From Patescibacteria group bacterium (GTDB lineage Bacteria > Patescibacteriota > Patescibacteriia > UBA1558 > GWA2-36-10), in NCBI GenBank assembly GCA_028718865.1, contig JAQUKX010000002.1, forward strand, positions 8,047-72,046: DNA of 64,000 bases. The letters run 5' to 3'. Each line of letters opens with the position of its first letter. Within the stretch, counting starts at the first letter, position 1. A model generated the notes under the pieces. The model was not told the origin of the DNA. It ran no database searches and saw nothing but the letters and a program-made list of their open reading frames with translations. Both the position numbers and the translations under genes were made by a program. Below are positions 29,998-40,939 of the stretch, in pieces.

Positions 29998-31287
29998 TTA
30001 AGGCCTTAATCTATAAATAGTCCGAGGAAAAGGAATGGTTTCTCGGACATGCTCCAGCCCACAAACCCAACCTACTATCCTCTCCAGTCCAAAACCAAAT
30101 CCGCCATGTGGCACGCTACCGTATTTACGCAAATCCAAATACCATTCAAAATCCTTTTGGGGTAATTTATGTTCTTTTATTCTATCAAGCAAAACCTGAT
30201 AATCATCCTCACGTTGTGAACCGCCAATAATCTCTCCATAGCCTTCTGGTGCCAATAAGTCAGCACATTCTGCCAAATTCTGATCAGAGGCATTTCTTTT
30301 CATATAAAACGCCTTGATTTTGGCTGGATAATTGGTAATAAAAATCGGATTATCAAACTGTTTGGTGAGCATTGTCTCGTCATCTCCGCCCAAATCCTCA
30401 CCATCTTTGATGTCGCTACCTAAGGCTTGCAATTTTTTGATAGCCTCACTATGGTTCATCTTATAAAATGGCTTACTGATATTTTCCAAAGGCTTGATGT
30501 CGCGCTCCAAAATAGCTAATTCGTTTTGATTCTTTTCCAAAACCAACTTAATCATAAAACGAATCAACTCTTCCTGAATCTGCAAATTCTGCTCCAAATC
30601 AACAAAAGCCATTTCCGCGTCCATCATCCAAAACTCAGTCAAATGACGGCGAGTTTTGGATTTTTCCGCCCGAAACACTGGCCCAAAATCATAAACCCGA
30701 TTATGAGCAAAAATAGCTGCTTCTATATAAAGCTGTCCGCTCTGGGAAAGATAGGCCTTGGTATCAAAATAATCTATTTCAAAAAGCTCAGTCGTACCCT
30801 CGCAAGCACTAGGAGTAAGAATAGGCGAATCTATTTTGATAAAATTATTCTCATCCATATAGCGATAAGTAGCTTGAATAAGAGTATTTCTAATACGCTG
30901 AACAGCCCACTGACGGCTAGATCTCAACCAAAGATGCCTATTGTCCAACAAAAAATCCACTCCGTGCTCTTTTTTGCCTATGGGATATTCATCCGCTATT
31001 TGATAAAATTCAAAGTCCTTGACTTGAATTTCATATTCGTCTTTTTTGGGATGCTTACTGACCAATCCTCTTACTTTGACTGAGCTTTCCAAGCTTATTT
31101 TTTTACTCTCAGACGCTTTTTCAGCTGATAATTCGCTTTCATTGACAATCGCCTGCACAAAACCCGTACCGTCGCGTAAATGCCAAAAAGCAATCTTGCC
31201 CGAAGAACGATGATTGGCCACCCAGGCGCTTATTTCCACTTCTTGGCCAACAAATTTAGCTATATCTTTAATAAAAATTTTCTCCAT
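29998..31287 (-). CDS. asnS: Asparagine--tRNA ligase
   Basis: RHLWLRS, AYLSQSGQLY, FRAEKSKTRRHLTEFWM, GEIIGGSQRE, WYLDLRKYG. Confidence 0.96.
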   Translation of the reverse strand: MEKIFIKDIAKFVGQEVEISAWVANHRSSGKIAFWHLRDGTGFVQAIVNESELSAEKASESKKISLESSVKVRGLVSKHPKKDEYEIQVKDFEFYQIADEYPIGKKEHGVDFLLDNRHLWLRSSRQWAVQRIRNTLIQATYRYMDENNFIKIDSPILTPSACEGTTELFEIDYFDTKAYLSQSGQLYIEAAIFAHNRVYDFGPVFRAEKSKTRRHLTEFWMMDAEMAFVDLEQNLQIQEELIRFMIKLVLEKNQNELAILERDIKPLENISKPFYKMNHSEAIKKLQALGSDIKDGEDLGGDDETMLTKQFDNPIFITNYPAKIKAFYMKRNASDQNLAECADLLAPEGYGEIIGGSQREDDYQVLLDRIKEHKLPQKDFEWYLDLRKYGSVPHGGFGFGLERIVGWVCGLEHVRETIPFPRTIYRLRP

Positions 31288-31465
31288 ATTGACTATAAAA
31301 AAATTAAGATAAATAAATAATAACTAAATTAAGGATATTTTACAAGTGCCAATTTGACTAAAAATTGACAAAATGTTTTAATCAAGACACCCCACGCTCT
31401 GCTATCTGCCTCTGGTGGACTTATGTCCATCTTTGGCGGATGACGGACAAACAAGGAGGCCAGCA

Positions 31466-31708
31466 ATGGTTCTCAACCTGCTTGACAGCCTGAGGAGTCT
31501 GGGGCTGGAAAAAAGTCTGGTTCTTTCCATCGTCCAGCAACTCCACGATCACGGTCGGTCAGAAATCTGTCTGCCCGACACCCAGCTTCCCGAACCGCTT
31601 CTGAGCGGTCGGGACTGTCCATTAGGAAACGGATTCCTCATCCGCGTCCTAGAGTCTGCGCCGCCGCGCAACGGCTATACAACCATCGAGGTTGTTGACG
31701 CTTCCTAA
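31466..31708 (+). CDS. Hypothetical protein (GC-richer orphan gene, 80 aa)
   Basis: SD AAGGAGG at 31453-31459 before ATG 31466; hairpin at ~31738-31778. Confidence 0.55.
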   Translation: MVLNLLDSLRSLGLEKSLVLSIVQQLHDHGRSEICLPDTQLPEPLLSGRDCPLGNGFLIRVLESAPPRNGYTTIEVVDAS

Positions 31709-31795
31709 GGAAAGGAAGTAGCTATGGCTAGAAAGCCAAAAGCCCATCCCTAAACGAATCTGTAAAAGGATGGGCTTTTCTTTATTTGAAAAATA

Positions 31796-34700
31796 TTATT
31801 TTTTCCGCCTATCTACCAAAGCAACAAAAAGCATCGGAACTACAAATAATTGAACAACACTGGCAAAAGCCAAGCCGAAAATAATAGCTATAGACAAACC
31901 AAGCCAAAATTCACTAGCAAAAGCCAAAGGCATAATGCCAAAAATAGTAGTAATAGTAGTCAAAAATATCGGTTGCAAGCGCGTATCTCCGGCATCGGCT
32001 ATAGCTTGGCTAGCGGACATTCCTTTTTCTTCCATATTCCGATTGGCTTTATCCATCAGTACTATAGCGTTATTGACACCTATGCCGGTCAAAGAAACTA
32101 GTCCCAAAAATACCATAAAACTAAAAGGCAAATTGAAAACTGCCATTCCCACCACTACACCGATCAACATCAAAGGCAGGGACATAAAAATAATCAAAGG
32201 CTTGATAAAAGAATTGAACTCCAAAACCAAAATAATCAAGATGAGCAAAACCGCCAAAATCATGGCATTCCACAACTCGGAAAAAGACTGTTCTATATCC
32301 TCCATTTCTCCGCCAAAACTGATTTCATAACCATCTGGCGGCAATCCCCGCTCTTTTATCTTTTCTTCTATTTCCACAATTGCTCGGCTGGAAACATAAC
32401 CAGGAGCCATATCCGCACTGATATTTATTGCTCTAGAAAAATCATAATGCCTGATAGTAGTCAAAGCCGGCTCCAGAGAAAAATCAGCTAAATAAGCTAG
32501 CTTTACTTCTTGACCAAAATTATTTATCAGGGAAAGATTTTTTATTTCTTCCAAAGAAGAAATTTTATTTTTATCAACCCTGACCACTACGTCTATTTCG
32601 TCCCCATCTTGCGATATTGCCGTGGCTTTGACGCCAAAAATAGCCAAACGCAAAGAGCTGGCCACTTCGCTGACGCTGAATCCGGCCTGAGCAATAGCGT
32701 TTCTATTGAGCCGAAAACTCAAATCAGCCGGACCAACATCTTGATTGCTACTGATATTGACCAGGCCATCAATACTGGACAAAATATTTTTTACTTCATT
32801 TGTCAAACTATCCAAAACCAATAGATCGTCGCCTTTTATTCTCATTTCTACGGCTGCTCCGGTCGGAGGCCCGGCACTTAGTTCTTGAACAGAGATATCA
32901 CCACGATTGATTTTTTCCAAATCTTTTCTGATAGCCTCAACGATATCGTAGCTTTTTCTTTTTCTCTGGCTTTTATCGACAAAATTGACCGAAACACTGG
33001 CGACATTATTGCCGGCGCTACCGGGATCAAAAGAGCCGATACTGGAAGACTGGCCGACTGTACTGACAAAATTCTTTATTTCTGGATAGTCATAAAGCGC
33101 CGCTTCCACCTCGGTCAAAACTTCTTCCGTGTTTTTCAAATTGGTTCCCACTGGCATTTTTATATCTATATAGACAAAATCCATGTCTATTTTGGGGAAA
33201 AGTTGTACTGGTATAATACCCAAAACTAAAACCCCCAAAGAAGCTATAAATAAAACTGAAATTACCAAAGAGAATTTTACTCGAGCCTTTTTATCAGCCA
33301 AAAAAGAAACTATTTTCACTCTGTACCAAGCCCGAAGACGGTTAGTAAGATGTCTTTCCAAAACACTTTCTTTTTTCTCTTGGACAAACTTGCTCTTTCT
33401 CAAAAACACAGAGGCAAAAGAAGGCACTAGCGCCAAAGAAACAAACAAAGAGGCTGTCAGCACCACGCCAATAGTAATGGGGAAAATTTTCAGATACTCG
33501 CCCAAAATACCGCTTACCAAAAGCATGGGGAAAAAAGCGGCAATCGTGGTCAAAACTCCCGAAGTAACTGGACCGGCATAATTGGCCACTGACAAAAGAG
33601 AAGCTCGCAAGGAAGAATAGCCCAATCGGATATTATGAAAAATTCCTTCTAAGATAACAATAAAAGTATCTACCAAAAGACCCAAGGAAAGCACTAGAGC
33701 ATACAAAGACATGCTATTTAAGGTATAACCGGAAAAATACAAAACAATAAAAGTAATCAACAAAGTCAGAGGTATAGACACCAAAGCGATCAAAGCTTCT
33801 TTGAAGCTAAGAGCAATGAACATAACGGCAAAAATCAAAAAAGTAGCTTGCAAGCCGCTGCTGCCCAAAGTATTTAAGTCTTCACGGATAAAAGATGAAT
33901 AATCATTATTTATTTCTACCTTGACATTGGCCGGTATTACCCTGTCCGTCTGCAATTTATCTATCCGGTCTTTGGCGGCATCGACGATATTGAGAATATT
34001 GCCGCCGCTTTTTTTGAAAATCTGCAAAGAAATATTATTTTCTGCTGGCTGACCATCTATGGAAATTCGAGAAATATTTTCTTGCTCCACAAACTCTTCG
34101 CTTATTCTGGCAATATCTCCCAGCAAAATAGGTTGATTACCGGCTAGCGATACTACTACTTGACTCAACTCAGCTACTGAAGACAATCTTCCTAAAGCGC
34201 GAATATTATAATTAAGACCGTCTATTTCCAGCTCACCCAAAGGTAAGTCCATATCCGAAGCCCGAATCGCTCCCAAAACAGCTGACAAAGAAATATCTAG
34301 CCGAGACAAGGCCACCTTATCCACCAAAACCACAATCTCCCTATCGCGAGTTCCCAACAACGGCGCTTTGGAAACTCCAGATATTGCCTCTAGCTCCCTT
34401 TGCACTATCTTGCCCAGTTGCCTAAACTGGCTTTCTGTCAAAGTCCCGGACAAAGAAAAAGTAATAATAGGGTAGTCATTGGCTCTTATCTGAGTGACAA
34501 CAGGATTTTCCGCTTCTGTTGGCAGATCAGCCAATTCCCCTACTTTATCTTTCAGCTCCCTGATGCTGGCATCCAAATCCGCTTCAGCCGCAAACTCCAC
34601 TACTATTGAAGACAGGCTGTTTCTAGAAGAAGAAGTTATCAGTTTGACATTTTCCAACTCCTCCAGCTTCTTTTCTATCTTGTCAGTCAAAAGACTCTCT

Positions 34701-34954
34701 ACATCCGCTGGGCTGGCGCCGGGATAAAAAGTACTGACTATGGCAATGGGAATTTTTACTTCTGGATCTGATTCTCTGGGAATATTAACCAAAGCAATAG
34801 CCCCCAAAATCAAAATGGAAGCTATCACCAATATTACTATTCTAAAATGAGTAATAAAATAACCCAGCAGATTTCCTCTGGTTTTTTCTATGGCTTTTTC
34901 CGCAAAAATATTATCCAACTCGGATTGATTAGAATTTATATTTTTATCGTCCAT
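31796..34954 (-). CDS. AcrB/AcrD/AcrF-family RND efflux permease
   Basis: 1052 aa; YPGASPADVE, LGLLVD, GIGVNNAIVL, RLQPIFLTT. Confidence 0.95.
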   Translation of the reverse strand: MDDKNINSNQSELDNIFAEKAIEKTRGNLLGYFITHFRIVILVIASILILGAIALVNIPRESDPEVKIPIAIVSTFYPGASPADVESLLTDKIEKKLEELENVKLITSSSRNSLSSIVVEFAAEADLDASIRELKDKVGELADLPTEAENPVVTQIRANDYPIITFSLSGTLTESQFRQLGKIVQRELEAISGVSKAPLLGTRDREIVVLVDKVALSRLDISLSAVLGAIRASDMDLPLGELEIDGLNYNIRALGRLSSVAELSQVVVSLAGNQPILLGDIARISEEFVEQENISRISIDGQPAENNISLQIFKKSGGNILNIVDAAKDRIDKLQTDRVIPANVKVEINNDYSSFIREDLNTLGSSGLQATFLIFAVMFIALSFKEALIALVSIPLTLLITFIVLYFSGYTLNSMSLYALVLSLGLLVDTFIVILEGIFHNIRLGYSSLRASLLSVANYAGPVTSGVLTTIAAFFPMLLVSGILGEYLKIFPITIGVVLTASLFVSLALVPSFASVFLRKSKFVQEKKESVLERHLTNRLRAWYRVKIVSFLADKKARVKFSLVISVLFIASLGVLVLGIIPVQLFPKIDMDFVYIDIKMPVGTNLKNTEEVLTEVEAALYDYPEIKNFVSTVGQSSSIGSFDPGSAGNNVASVSVNFVDKSQRKRKSYDIVEAIRKDLEKINRGDISVQELSAGPPTGAAVEMRIKGDDLLVLDSLTNEVKNILSSIDGLVNISSNQDVGPADLSFRLNRNAIAQAGFSVSEVASSLRLAIFGVKATAISQDGDEIDVVVRVDKNKISSLEEIKNLSLINNFGQEVKLAYLADFSLEPALTTIRHYDFSRAINISADMAPGYVSSRAIVEIEEKIKERGLPPDGYEISFGGEMEDIEQSFSELWNAMILAVLLILIILVLEFNSFIKPLIIFMSLPLMLIGVVVGMAVFNLPFSFMVFLGLVSLTGIGVNNAIVLMDKANRNMEEKGMSASQAIADAGDTRLQPIFLTTITTIFGIMPLAFASEFWLGLSIAIIFGLAFASVVQLFVVPMLFVALVDRRKK

Positions 34955-34961
34955 AACAAAT

Positions 34962-36605
34962 TTAATTCAAAACTTCCACTTCATCGCCAGCGGAAATAAA
35001 CACTCCATCTAAAAGAATCAAACGGTCATTTTGGTCAAGGCCGCTGACAATAGAAACTTTATCTCCATAAACTTCGCCCAAAACCACTCGCCTTTGTTCG
35101 ACTTTTTCTCTCTCGCCTATCACAAAAACATAATTACCAGAAGCTTCGACATTGACCGACTTCAAAGGCACAATAATAGCATCTATATCCTGATAAAGAA
35201 GATTTAATTCCACTTCTGCTATACTGCCGGCCGATAAATTTCCCGCCTCTTGGCTTTGCGCTTTGACGCTTACTTTACCGCTACGCAAGTCGCCACTTGG
35301 TTGAATTTCGCTTATCAGGCCTCGATAAAGTCCGTTTATTAGCACTTCCTGATTTATGGACAAAGCTTGTGCCAAAGCAGCGTCTAGATAAAAATTTATC
35401 TCCACTATAGTCAAATCTCCCAATTCTAAAATTTCTCTGCCTGGGCTTATCTGCTCGCCTTCCCTGACATAATGAGACAAAATAGTGCCGGAAAAAGGAG
35501 AAGGCAGACTAAGATTACGATATTGATAAGCCGCTTGATCAAACTGACTGCGAACCATATTCAATTCCAGTTCGACTCCTTCGCGGACACTCAAAAGCGC
35601 CAATTCGCTGTTGCCATAATCTATTTCCGCCAAATCAAGCTGTCCTTGCAGCTGATCAGCTGATAAAAGACGGCTGCTTTGAGCATTGGCAATAGCGTTG
35701 CTAGAGCCAATGATCGCTGCCACGTGTTGATTTATTTCTATTTGAAGACCAGTGACAATAGCTTGTTCGGCAACGATTCTATATTCACTATAAGCATCAT
35801 GGGCGGAATTCTGTAAAAGCAATACGGTACTATCCAGCAATTTCTTCATATCCAGCAAGGCTGCCTGCATCTTTTCTAAATCACTATTGATGCTTCTCTG
35901 ACTGGCCAGAGGCTCAAGCACAACAAAAGAATCTACGGCCTTGGGAAAAAGAGCAATGGTCTGGATCTTAAAAGCCGAATTAATAGCATTGATATCTTTG
36001 AAATAATAAAATTCTTCTTTATTGCTCCTATATTTATCATATTGCACATTGCCTATGGACAAAAAAGAAAGCGCTTGATTCAAACTGTTATAAGCCGAGT
36101 TGTAAGCCACCAAAGCGCTATCTTCAGATGTCTTAACCGCCTGATCAGCCTGAATCGATGAATTTTGACGCTGACTTCTGGCCAAGTCTAGTCTGGATTT
36201 AGCGCTGTTTAGAGCCAATTCGGCCTGCCTGATGCGCTGCTGACCTATCATTTCTGTCTGGCGCAAAGACTGACTGGCATTGAAATAGGCGCTTTCTATC
36301 CCTGAATCAGAAATAAAAAATAAAGGATCACCAGTTCTTACTGTCTGCCCCACCGGTACCAAAAATTGAATCGTACCCGGTGTCAGGCTCCTAATAACAC
36401 TGTATTGCTTTGGCTCCACGCTACCGCTGGCCTTGAGCGAAACCGCTGCCTGGCTTTGTCTGGATATTTCTTGGACTTCCACTTTTTTTTTGGCAGAAGA
36501 CGCTTCTTCCTGTCCATTATTCTTACCGCAAGCCGAAAGGGTAATAAGGGCAAAAAACAAAAAAATAGCCAAAAAAAGACGATAAGTAAAAACTTTTTGC
36601 AACAT
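34962..36605 (-). CDS. RND membrane fusion (adaptor) lipoprotein
   Basis: Lipobox LSAC, long coiled hairpin, SPFSGTI lipoyl-like motif; likely start MLQKVF. Confidence 0.88.
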   Translation of the reverse strand: MLQKVFTYRLFLAIFLFFALITLSACGKNNGQEEASSAKKKVEVQEISRQSQAAVSLKASGSVEPKQYSVIRSLTPGTIQFLVPVGQTVRTGDPLFFISDSGIESAYFNASQSLRQTEMIGQQRIRQAELALNSAKSRLDLARSQRQNSSIQADQAVKTSEDSALVAYNSAYNSLNQALSFLSIGNVQYDKYRSNKEEFYYFKDINAINSAFKIQTIALFPKAVDSFVVLEPLASQRSINSDLEKMQAALLDMKKLLDSTVLLLQNSAHDAYSEYRIVAEQAIVTGLQIEINQHVAAIIGSSNAIANAQSSRLLSADQLQGQLDLAEIDYGNSELALLSVREGVELELNMVRSQFDQAAYQYRNLSLPSPFSGTILSHYVREGEQISPGREILELGDLTIVEINFYLDAALAQALSINQEVLINGLYRGLISEIQPSGDLRSGKVSVKAQSQEAGNLSAGSIAEVELNLLYQDIDAIIVPLKSVNVEASGNYVFVIGEREKVEQRRVVLGEVYGDKVSIVSGLDQNDRLILLDGVFISAGDEVEVLN

Positions 36606-36746
36606 AAAATAAAAATAAATTATTCTTGCCCCAAAGGGGTTCAAAGCTTGCGCAAATTACCACAAAACAGGTACTTTGTCAATTTTGCTGTTACCTTTAC
36701 CAAAAAAATGCGTTATAATATAGCGAGAAACAATTTTTGCAAAAAT

Positions 36747-37313
36747 ATGCCTGAAAAAGACCGGGAAATAGAGCTGATTAGAGCCTGCCAAACAGGCCAA
36801 AATGAAGCCTTTGGACAAATATACGATCTCTATTTTGAAAAGATATACCGCTTCATTTACTACAAAGTCAGCCACCGAGAAAGCGCGGAGGATTTGACAA
36901 GCCTGACATTTACCAAGGCTCTGCAAAATCTAAAAAAATTTAATACTGACCAAGGTTTGTTTTCTGCCTGGCTCTACAAAATAGCTAGAAACTCCATTAT
37001 TGATCACTACCGCTCAAATGCGCCTGTCTACGACCTAGAAGCCAGCTACGGACTACATTTAGAAGAAAATATTGAAGAACATATGGATCAGCAACAAGAA
37101 TTAGCCAGCATCAAAGAAAAATTGGAATTACTCAGTCCCGAGCAAAAAGAAATAGTTGTCATGCGAGTCTGGAACGAACTTTCCTACAAGGAAATTTCCC
37201 AGACTATCGGTAAATCGGAAAACAACTGCAAAGTGATCTTTTCCCGCGCTCTCAAACAACTCAAATCTTCTCTAGTCGTGTTAATTATTATTTTATCTTT
37301 ATTAACTCCCTAA
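36747..37313 (+). CDS. ECF RNA polymerase sigma factor
   Basis: AFGQIYD, AEDLTS, AWLYKIARN, LSYKEIS; likely start MPEKD. Confidence 0.92.
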   Translation: MPEKDREIELIRACQTGQNEAFGQIYDLYFEKIYRFIYYKVSHRESAEDLTSLTFTKALQNLKKFNTDQGLFSAWLYKIARNSIIDHYRSNAPVYDLEASYGLHLEENIEEHMDQQQELASIKEKLELLSPEQKEIVVMRVWNELSYKEISQTIGKSENNCKVIFSRALKQLKSSLVVLIIILSLLTP

Positions 37314-37318
37314 ATCAT

Positions 37319-38797
37319 ATGGAAAACAATATCAAACAAATCCTGGAGGATCTCTATGCCATAGACAAGGATATGAAAAAATACGAAAAAGAGTTAATTA
37401 AAATAATCAAAGCATTGATTGCTTCTCGGCCGGAAGCAAGCTATGACGAAAATTTTAGGCAAAAGTTACGCGCGGATCTGCTGCAAAAATTTTCTCAAAG
37501 GCAAGAAAGCGATAATAATTTTAATAAAAAATTTAACTTCAACTTTATGAAAAAAATAAATTATGTTTTCGGGGCAGTCTTATTGGCAGTATTGGTCATC
37601 ACCCCTCTGATGCTGCTGCAAAGACAATCGGAAAATATCCAATTGGATTTTTCTCCCCAAATCAGCCGCGTGGGCGCCAATGCTTTTGGCCAACTGGGAA
37701 TAACTCCTAGTGGCCGTGGCGCGGCTGAAGGAGGTGATGCCCTAATGTCCGACCGATCTGTAAGCAGCGAAACAAGCATTGAACCGACATTACCAGCAGC
37801 GCCTGATATCAAAGGTTATGGTGGCGGTGGCGGCACTGTTGATGGACAAATGATGATCTTGCCGCCTGAATATACCTATTATGAGTATAACTTCTTGGGC
37901 GAATTCCCCGAAATAAACTCTCAACTAGATGTCCTAAAAAGGACTAAAAACATTCAATCCGCCGGCTTAAACAGTGTGCTTAGCAAAGTCAATCTAGGAC
38001 TAGTCGATCTAGGATCTTTTTCCCGCAGTGAAGTCCGCAATTTCAGCCTAGTCCAAAATCAAAGATTCGGCTATGAAATATACATCAATCTGTACGACCA
38101 GAGTATTTCCATCAACCAAAACTGGCCGCAGTGGCAAGAGGCTTTCAATGAAAATTCTTACATGGGCATGCGCATAGATCAGGTGCCTGCCGATGATAGG
38201 ATTATTTCTCTAGCGAATAAGTTCCTAGCCGATTACAAAATTGACTTATCTATGTATGGATCTGGAGAAATAGAAGACAGTTGGCGAATACTATATGCCC
38301 GTGCGGAAAACAAATCCGATGTCTATATCCCGCCTTCCGCTTCAGTAGTTTATCCCCTGATAGTAAATGGCAAAACAGTCTATGATGAAAGCGGCAATAG
38401 CTATGGCATCCGTGTTTCAGTGGACTTCAATACCATGAGAGTAACCGGCGTCTGGGGCATAGAAGCCAATAAATACCAAAGTTCTTCCTATGCCATGGAA
38501 ACCGATCAGGTAATTTTGGAAAAATTCATCAGACAAGGCGGTCTATACCCAACTTACTATGACGCCCCGGGAGTAAGAAAAGAAACAATTGATTTGACAG
38601 AAATGCAAATAGCTTATGTCAAAATCTGGAGCTATAGCAACGGCGAAAACAACGAATTCCTAGTACCGGCTATAGTGTTGCCCATCCCCGAAGAAAGTCG
38701 TGACTCTTGGAAAAGAAATATAGTTATCCCCTTGTCCAAAGACGTTATCACCGAAAGGACTAGCTACCTTGATGAACCAGTGAGAATAATGCAATAA
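37319..38797 (+). CDS. Putative anti-sigma factor / membrane-anchored extracellular protein
   Basis: Directly follows the ECF sigma; small cytoplasmic N-domain, one TM, large external domain. Confidence 0.65.
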   Translation: MENNIKQILEDLYAIDKDMKKYEKELIKIIKALIASRPEASYDENFRQKLRADLLQKFSQRQESDNNFNKKFNFNFMKKINYVFGAVLLAVLVITPLMLLQRQSENIQLDFSPQISRVGANAFGQLGITPSGRGAAEGGDALMSDRSVSSETSIEPTLPAAPDIKGYGGGGGTVDGQMMILPPEYTYYEYNFLGEFPEINSQLDVLKRTKNIQSAGLNSVLSKVNLGLVDLGSFSRSEVRNFSLVQNQRFGYEIYINLYDQSISINQNWPQWQEAFNENSYMGMRIDQVPADDRIISLANKFLADYKIDLSMYGSGEIEDSWRILYARAENKSDVYIPPSASVVYPLIVNGKTVYDESGNSYGIRVSVDFNTMRVTGVWGIEANKYQSSSYAMETDQVILEKFIRQGGLYPTYYDAPGVRKETIDLTEMQIAYVKIWSYSNGENNEFLVPAIVLPIPEESRDSWKRNIVIPLSKDVITERTSYLDEPVRIMQ

Positions 38798-38839
38798 AAA
38801 TTAAAACCTCGTCACTAACTCCGACGAGGTTTTAATTTT
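38797..38839. terminator. Bidirectional intrinsic terminator
   Basis: AAAATTAAAACCTCGTC...GACGAGGTTTTAATTTT between convergent genes. Confidence 0.85.
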
Positions 38840-38847
38840 GGCAGAAA

Positions 38848-40350
38848 TCAATCACTGACACTATAGAAAGCCGACGGATTATTCTGATTATTATACTCGG
38901 TAGCTATCCAACTAGCATTTCTAATACTATTTGAAATTCTTACTTCGTCTATGATGCCCCCCATACGATTACTTGAGTTTGAATGGTTTCTATATCCAAC
39001 ACGAAAAGTGGCATCATTAGCGCTATGATAAGTTGTAGCTGAGCCAGTTCCGCTACCATTATTAAGCGTGCCGTTTATATAAACATTAATATCGCTAAGT
39101 GATGTTCCATCTAATGTACCGGTCAAATATGTCCAATTATCAACAGGGATAGTGTTTTGACTCACCCTGCCATAACGATTTGAGCTGCCATTACCGTTAC
39201 CATCACCAAAACCTATTTCCAATAAATTACCAGAGGTAATAGTCATCCAATATCCAGTATATAAGCTACCACTATGATTAGAAAAAATAACGGGATCTGT
39301 ATTACTTGCTTGATCTTTATAAACCCAAGCGGAAATGGTAACCGGAAAATCCAATTCCAAAACATCTCCAAAATCTACATAACTGGTAGAATTATTATAA
39401 TAATCAGCGCCATTTATTTTACTGACTACTGAACCTTGAGTAAGGACATTGACACCCTGAGAATGAATATTATTGCTACTAGAATCATAATGTTGGCCAC
39501 TAGTTTCAGCAAAATGCCAAACTGCTTGATAATTTTCGTCCCAAACAGTCGCAATATCCTCTTGGGAAGAGTTGATATCCGGATTGCCGTAGAACAGATA
39601 AATATCAGTATCGCTATTATAATATAAAGTCGGTATCTTTACCCAAATAGCGACTTGCCCTGTTGCCGGATTATAACTTTCAACCTCATGCGCCAATTTA
39701 TTTTTACCAGCCGCATCAGTAGTAAAAATAATATCATACCCATCTTCATTTAAGACCCAACCGCCATTGTCATAAGTAGCTAAATAATCATAAGTGCCGG
39801 CAAAAAGAAGAGGAAAATTATTCATATTTGACGAACCGCTTACCTGATTATTGTCGATAGTTATAGTCCGACGAAAATTATAATTATTGGCATAAGTAAT
39901 ATCTCCATAAATCTCACAATGCCCTGCCTCAAAAATACTTCCTCTTTTATATATATAATAACCAGTGGTGGTGCTACTGGCTGGATATATCGGATCAATA
40001 GGCAAAACACTCATGTAATTTGCTATGACATTGGCAATATCTACTTTTGCTATATACTTGGCTAATGTAGGACAATAAATCGTTCCGGCTGTGGACTCTC
40101 CGGCTAAAACCAGCATATACTCTTGACTTTCATTCAAGCTTTGTAATGTTGCTGGTATTTGACCCGCTGAAGCTATAGTGTAGTCTACTGCTCTTTTTAA
40201 ATTTGAAGCCTCGGAAGATCTAATCGCATTATTAGCCTCGCCTATCCTCCTACCCGGATTGATAATAACAAAAATAGCTGCTGCTATAAGAGCTGTAATA
40301 GCAACAACCAAAATTAATTCTATCAAAGTAAAGGCTAATTGATTTCTCAT
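38848..40350 (-). CDS. Type IV pilin-like protein fused to DUF2341 and LamG-like domains
   Basis: AFTLIELILVV prepilin motif; DIIFT...WVKIP...YLFYGN; IDEVRISN. Confidence 0.88.
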   Translation of the reverse strand: MRNQLAFTLIELILVVAITALIAAAIFVIINPGRRIGEANNAIRSSEASNLKRAVDYTIASAGQIPATLQSLNESQEYMLVLAGESTAGTIYCPTLAKYIAKVDIANVIANYMSVLPIDPIYPASSTTTGYYIYKRGSIFEAGHCEIYGDITYANNYNFRRTITIDNNQVSGSSNMNNFPLLFAGTYDYLATYDNGGWVLNEDGYDIIFTTDAAGKNKLAHEVESYNPATGQVAIWVKIPTLYYNSDTDIYLFYGNPDINSSQEDIATVWDENYQAVWHFAETSGQHYDSSSNNIHSQGVNVLTQGSVVSKINGADYYNNSTSYVDFGDVLELDFPVTISAWVYKDQASNTDPVIFSNHSGSLYTGYWMTITSGNLLEIGFGDGNGNGSSNRYGRVSQNTIPVDNWTYLTGTLDGTSLSDINVYINGTLNNGSGTGSATTYHSANDATFRVGYRNHSNSSNRMGGIIDEVRISNSIRNASWIATEYNNQNNPSAFYSVSD

Positions 40351-40365
40351 CTTAAAATAAGTAAA

Positions 40366-40878
40366 CTATATCCTTTTTATTCCTTTCAAAAAAATATACG
40401 CCAAGATTCCGCCAGTCAAAGCAGTAATTAACTGTGGCCAGCTAAACATAGCTGAAACTGTCATTGCTAACTGTCCACTCAACAAAGAAGAAACTATCAA
40501 GCTGCTGCTAGCCCACAAAAACAAAAACTTGGCTAAACTGGCTACAACGATTCCTAGCCAAAAATTTTTCAACCGCAGATAATCAAAGGTCGTCACCAAA
40601 ATAAAATTACCCACCATAACAAAAGGAATCATCGGTGCCAGTGGTAAAGGCAAAAGTCCAACTGATAAAGCAAAAACGCTAGGGAAAAAAGCTACTACTA
40701 CTGCCCCCTGCACTCCCAAAATCACTGTAGCAATAAAAAGCAAAGCATTGACTATTGGGCCAGTAATTTGCTGGGACAAAAAGAAAGGAGCTGATCCGGC
40801 CAAAGCTAATATTGTTATTAACTGAACCAAGGGTATGGCTTGAGCTTTGGCTAAAGTTCTGATTTTGAGCTGGGTCAT
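40366..40878 (-). CDS. ECF transporter S-component-like membrane protein
   Basis: QQITGPIVNALL, PFVMVGN, AKFLFL, FSWPQLITAL; about 6 TM. Confidence 0.75.
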   Translation of the reverse strand: MTQLKIRTLAKAQAIPLVQLITILALAGSAPFFLSQQITGPIVNALLFIATVILGVQGAVVVAFFPSVFALSVGLLPLPLAPMIPFVMVGNFILVTTFDYLRLKNFWLGIVVASLAKFLFLWASSSLIVSSLLSGQLAMTVSAMFSWPQLITALTGGILAYIFLKGIKRI

Positions 40879-40939
40879 AAAAAAATATTTAGATTAATTT
40901 ATCCGCGTTAAATCCGGCCTAACGGAAACGACGAAGTTG

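Noticed and set aside
36366-36746. Long N-terminal extension of the ECF sigma factor in the ORF track
   Set aside because: Overlaps the antisense adaptor gene; the plausible start is ATG 36747.
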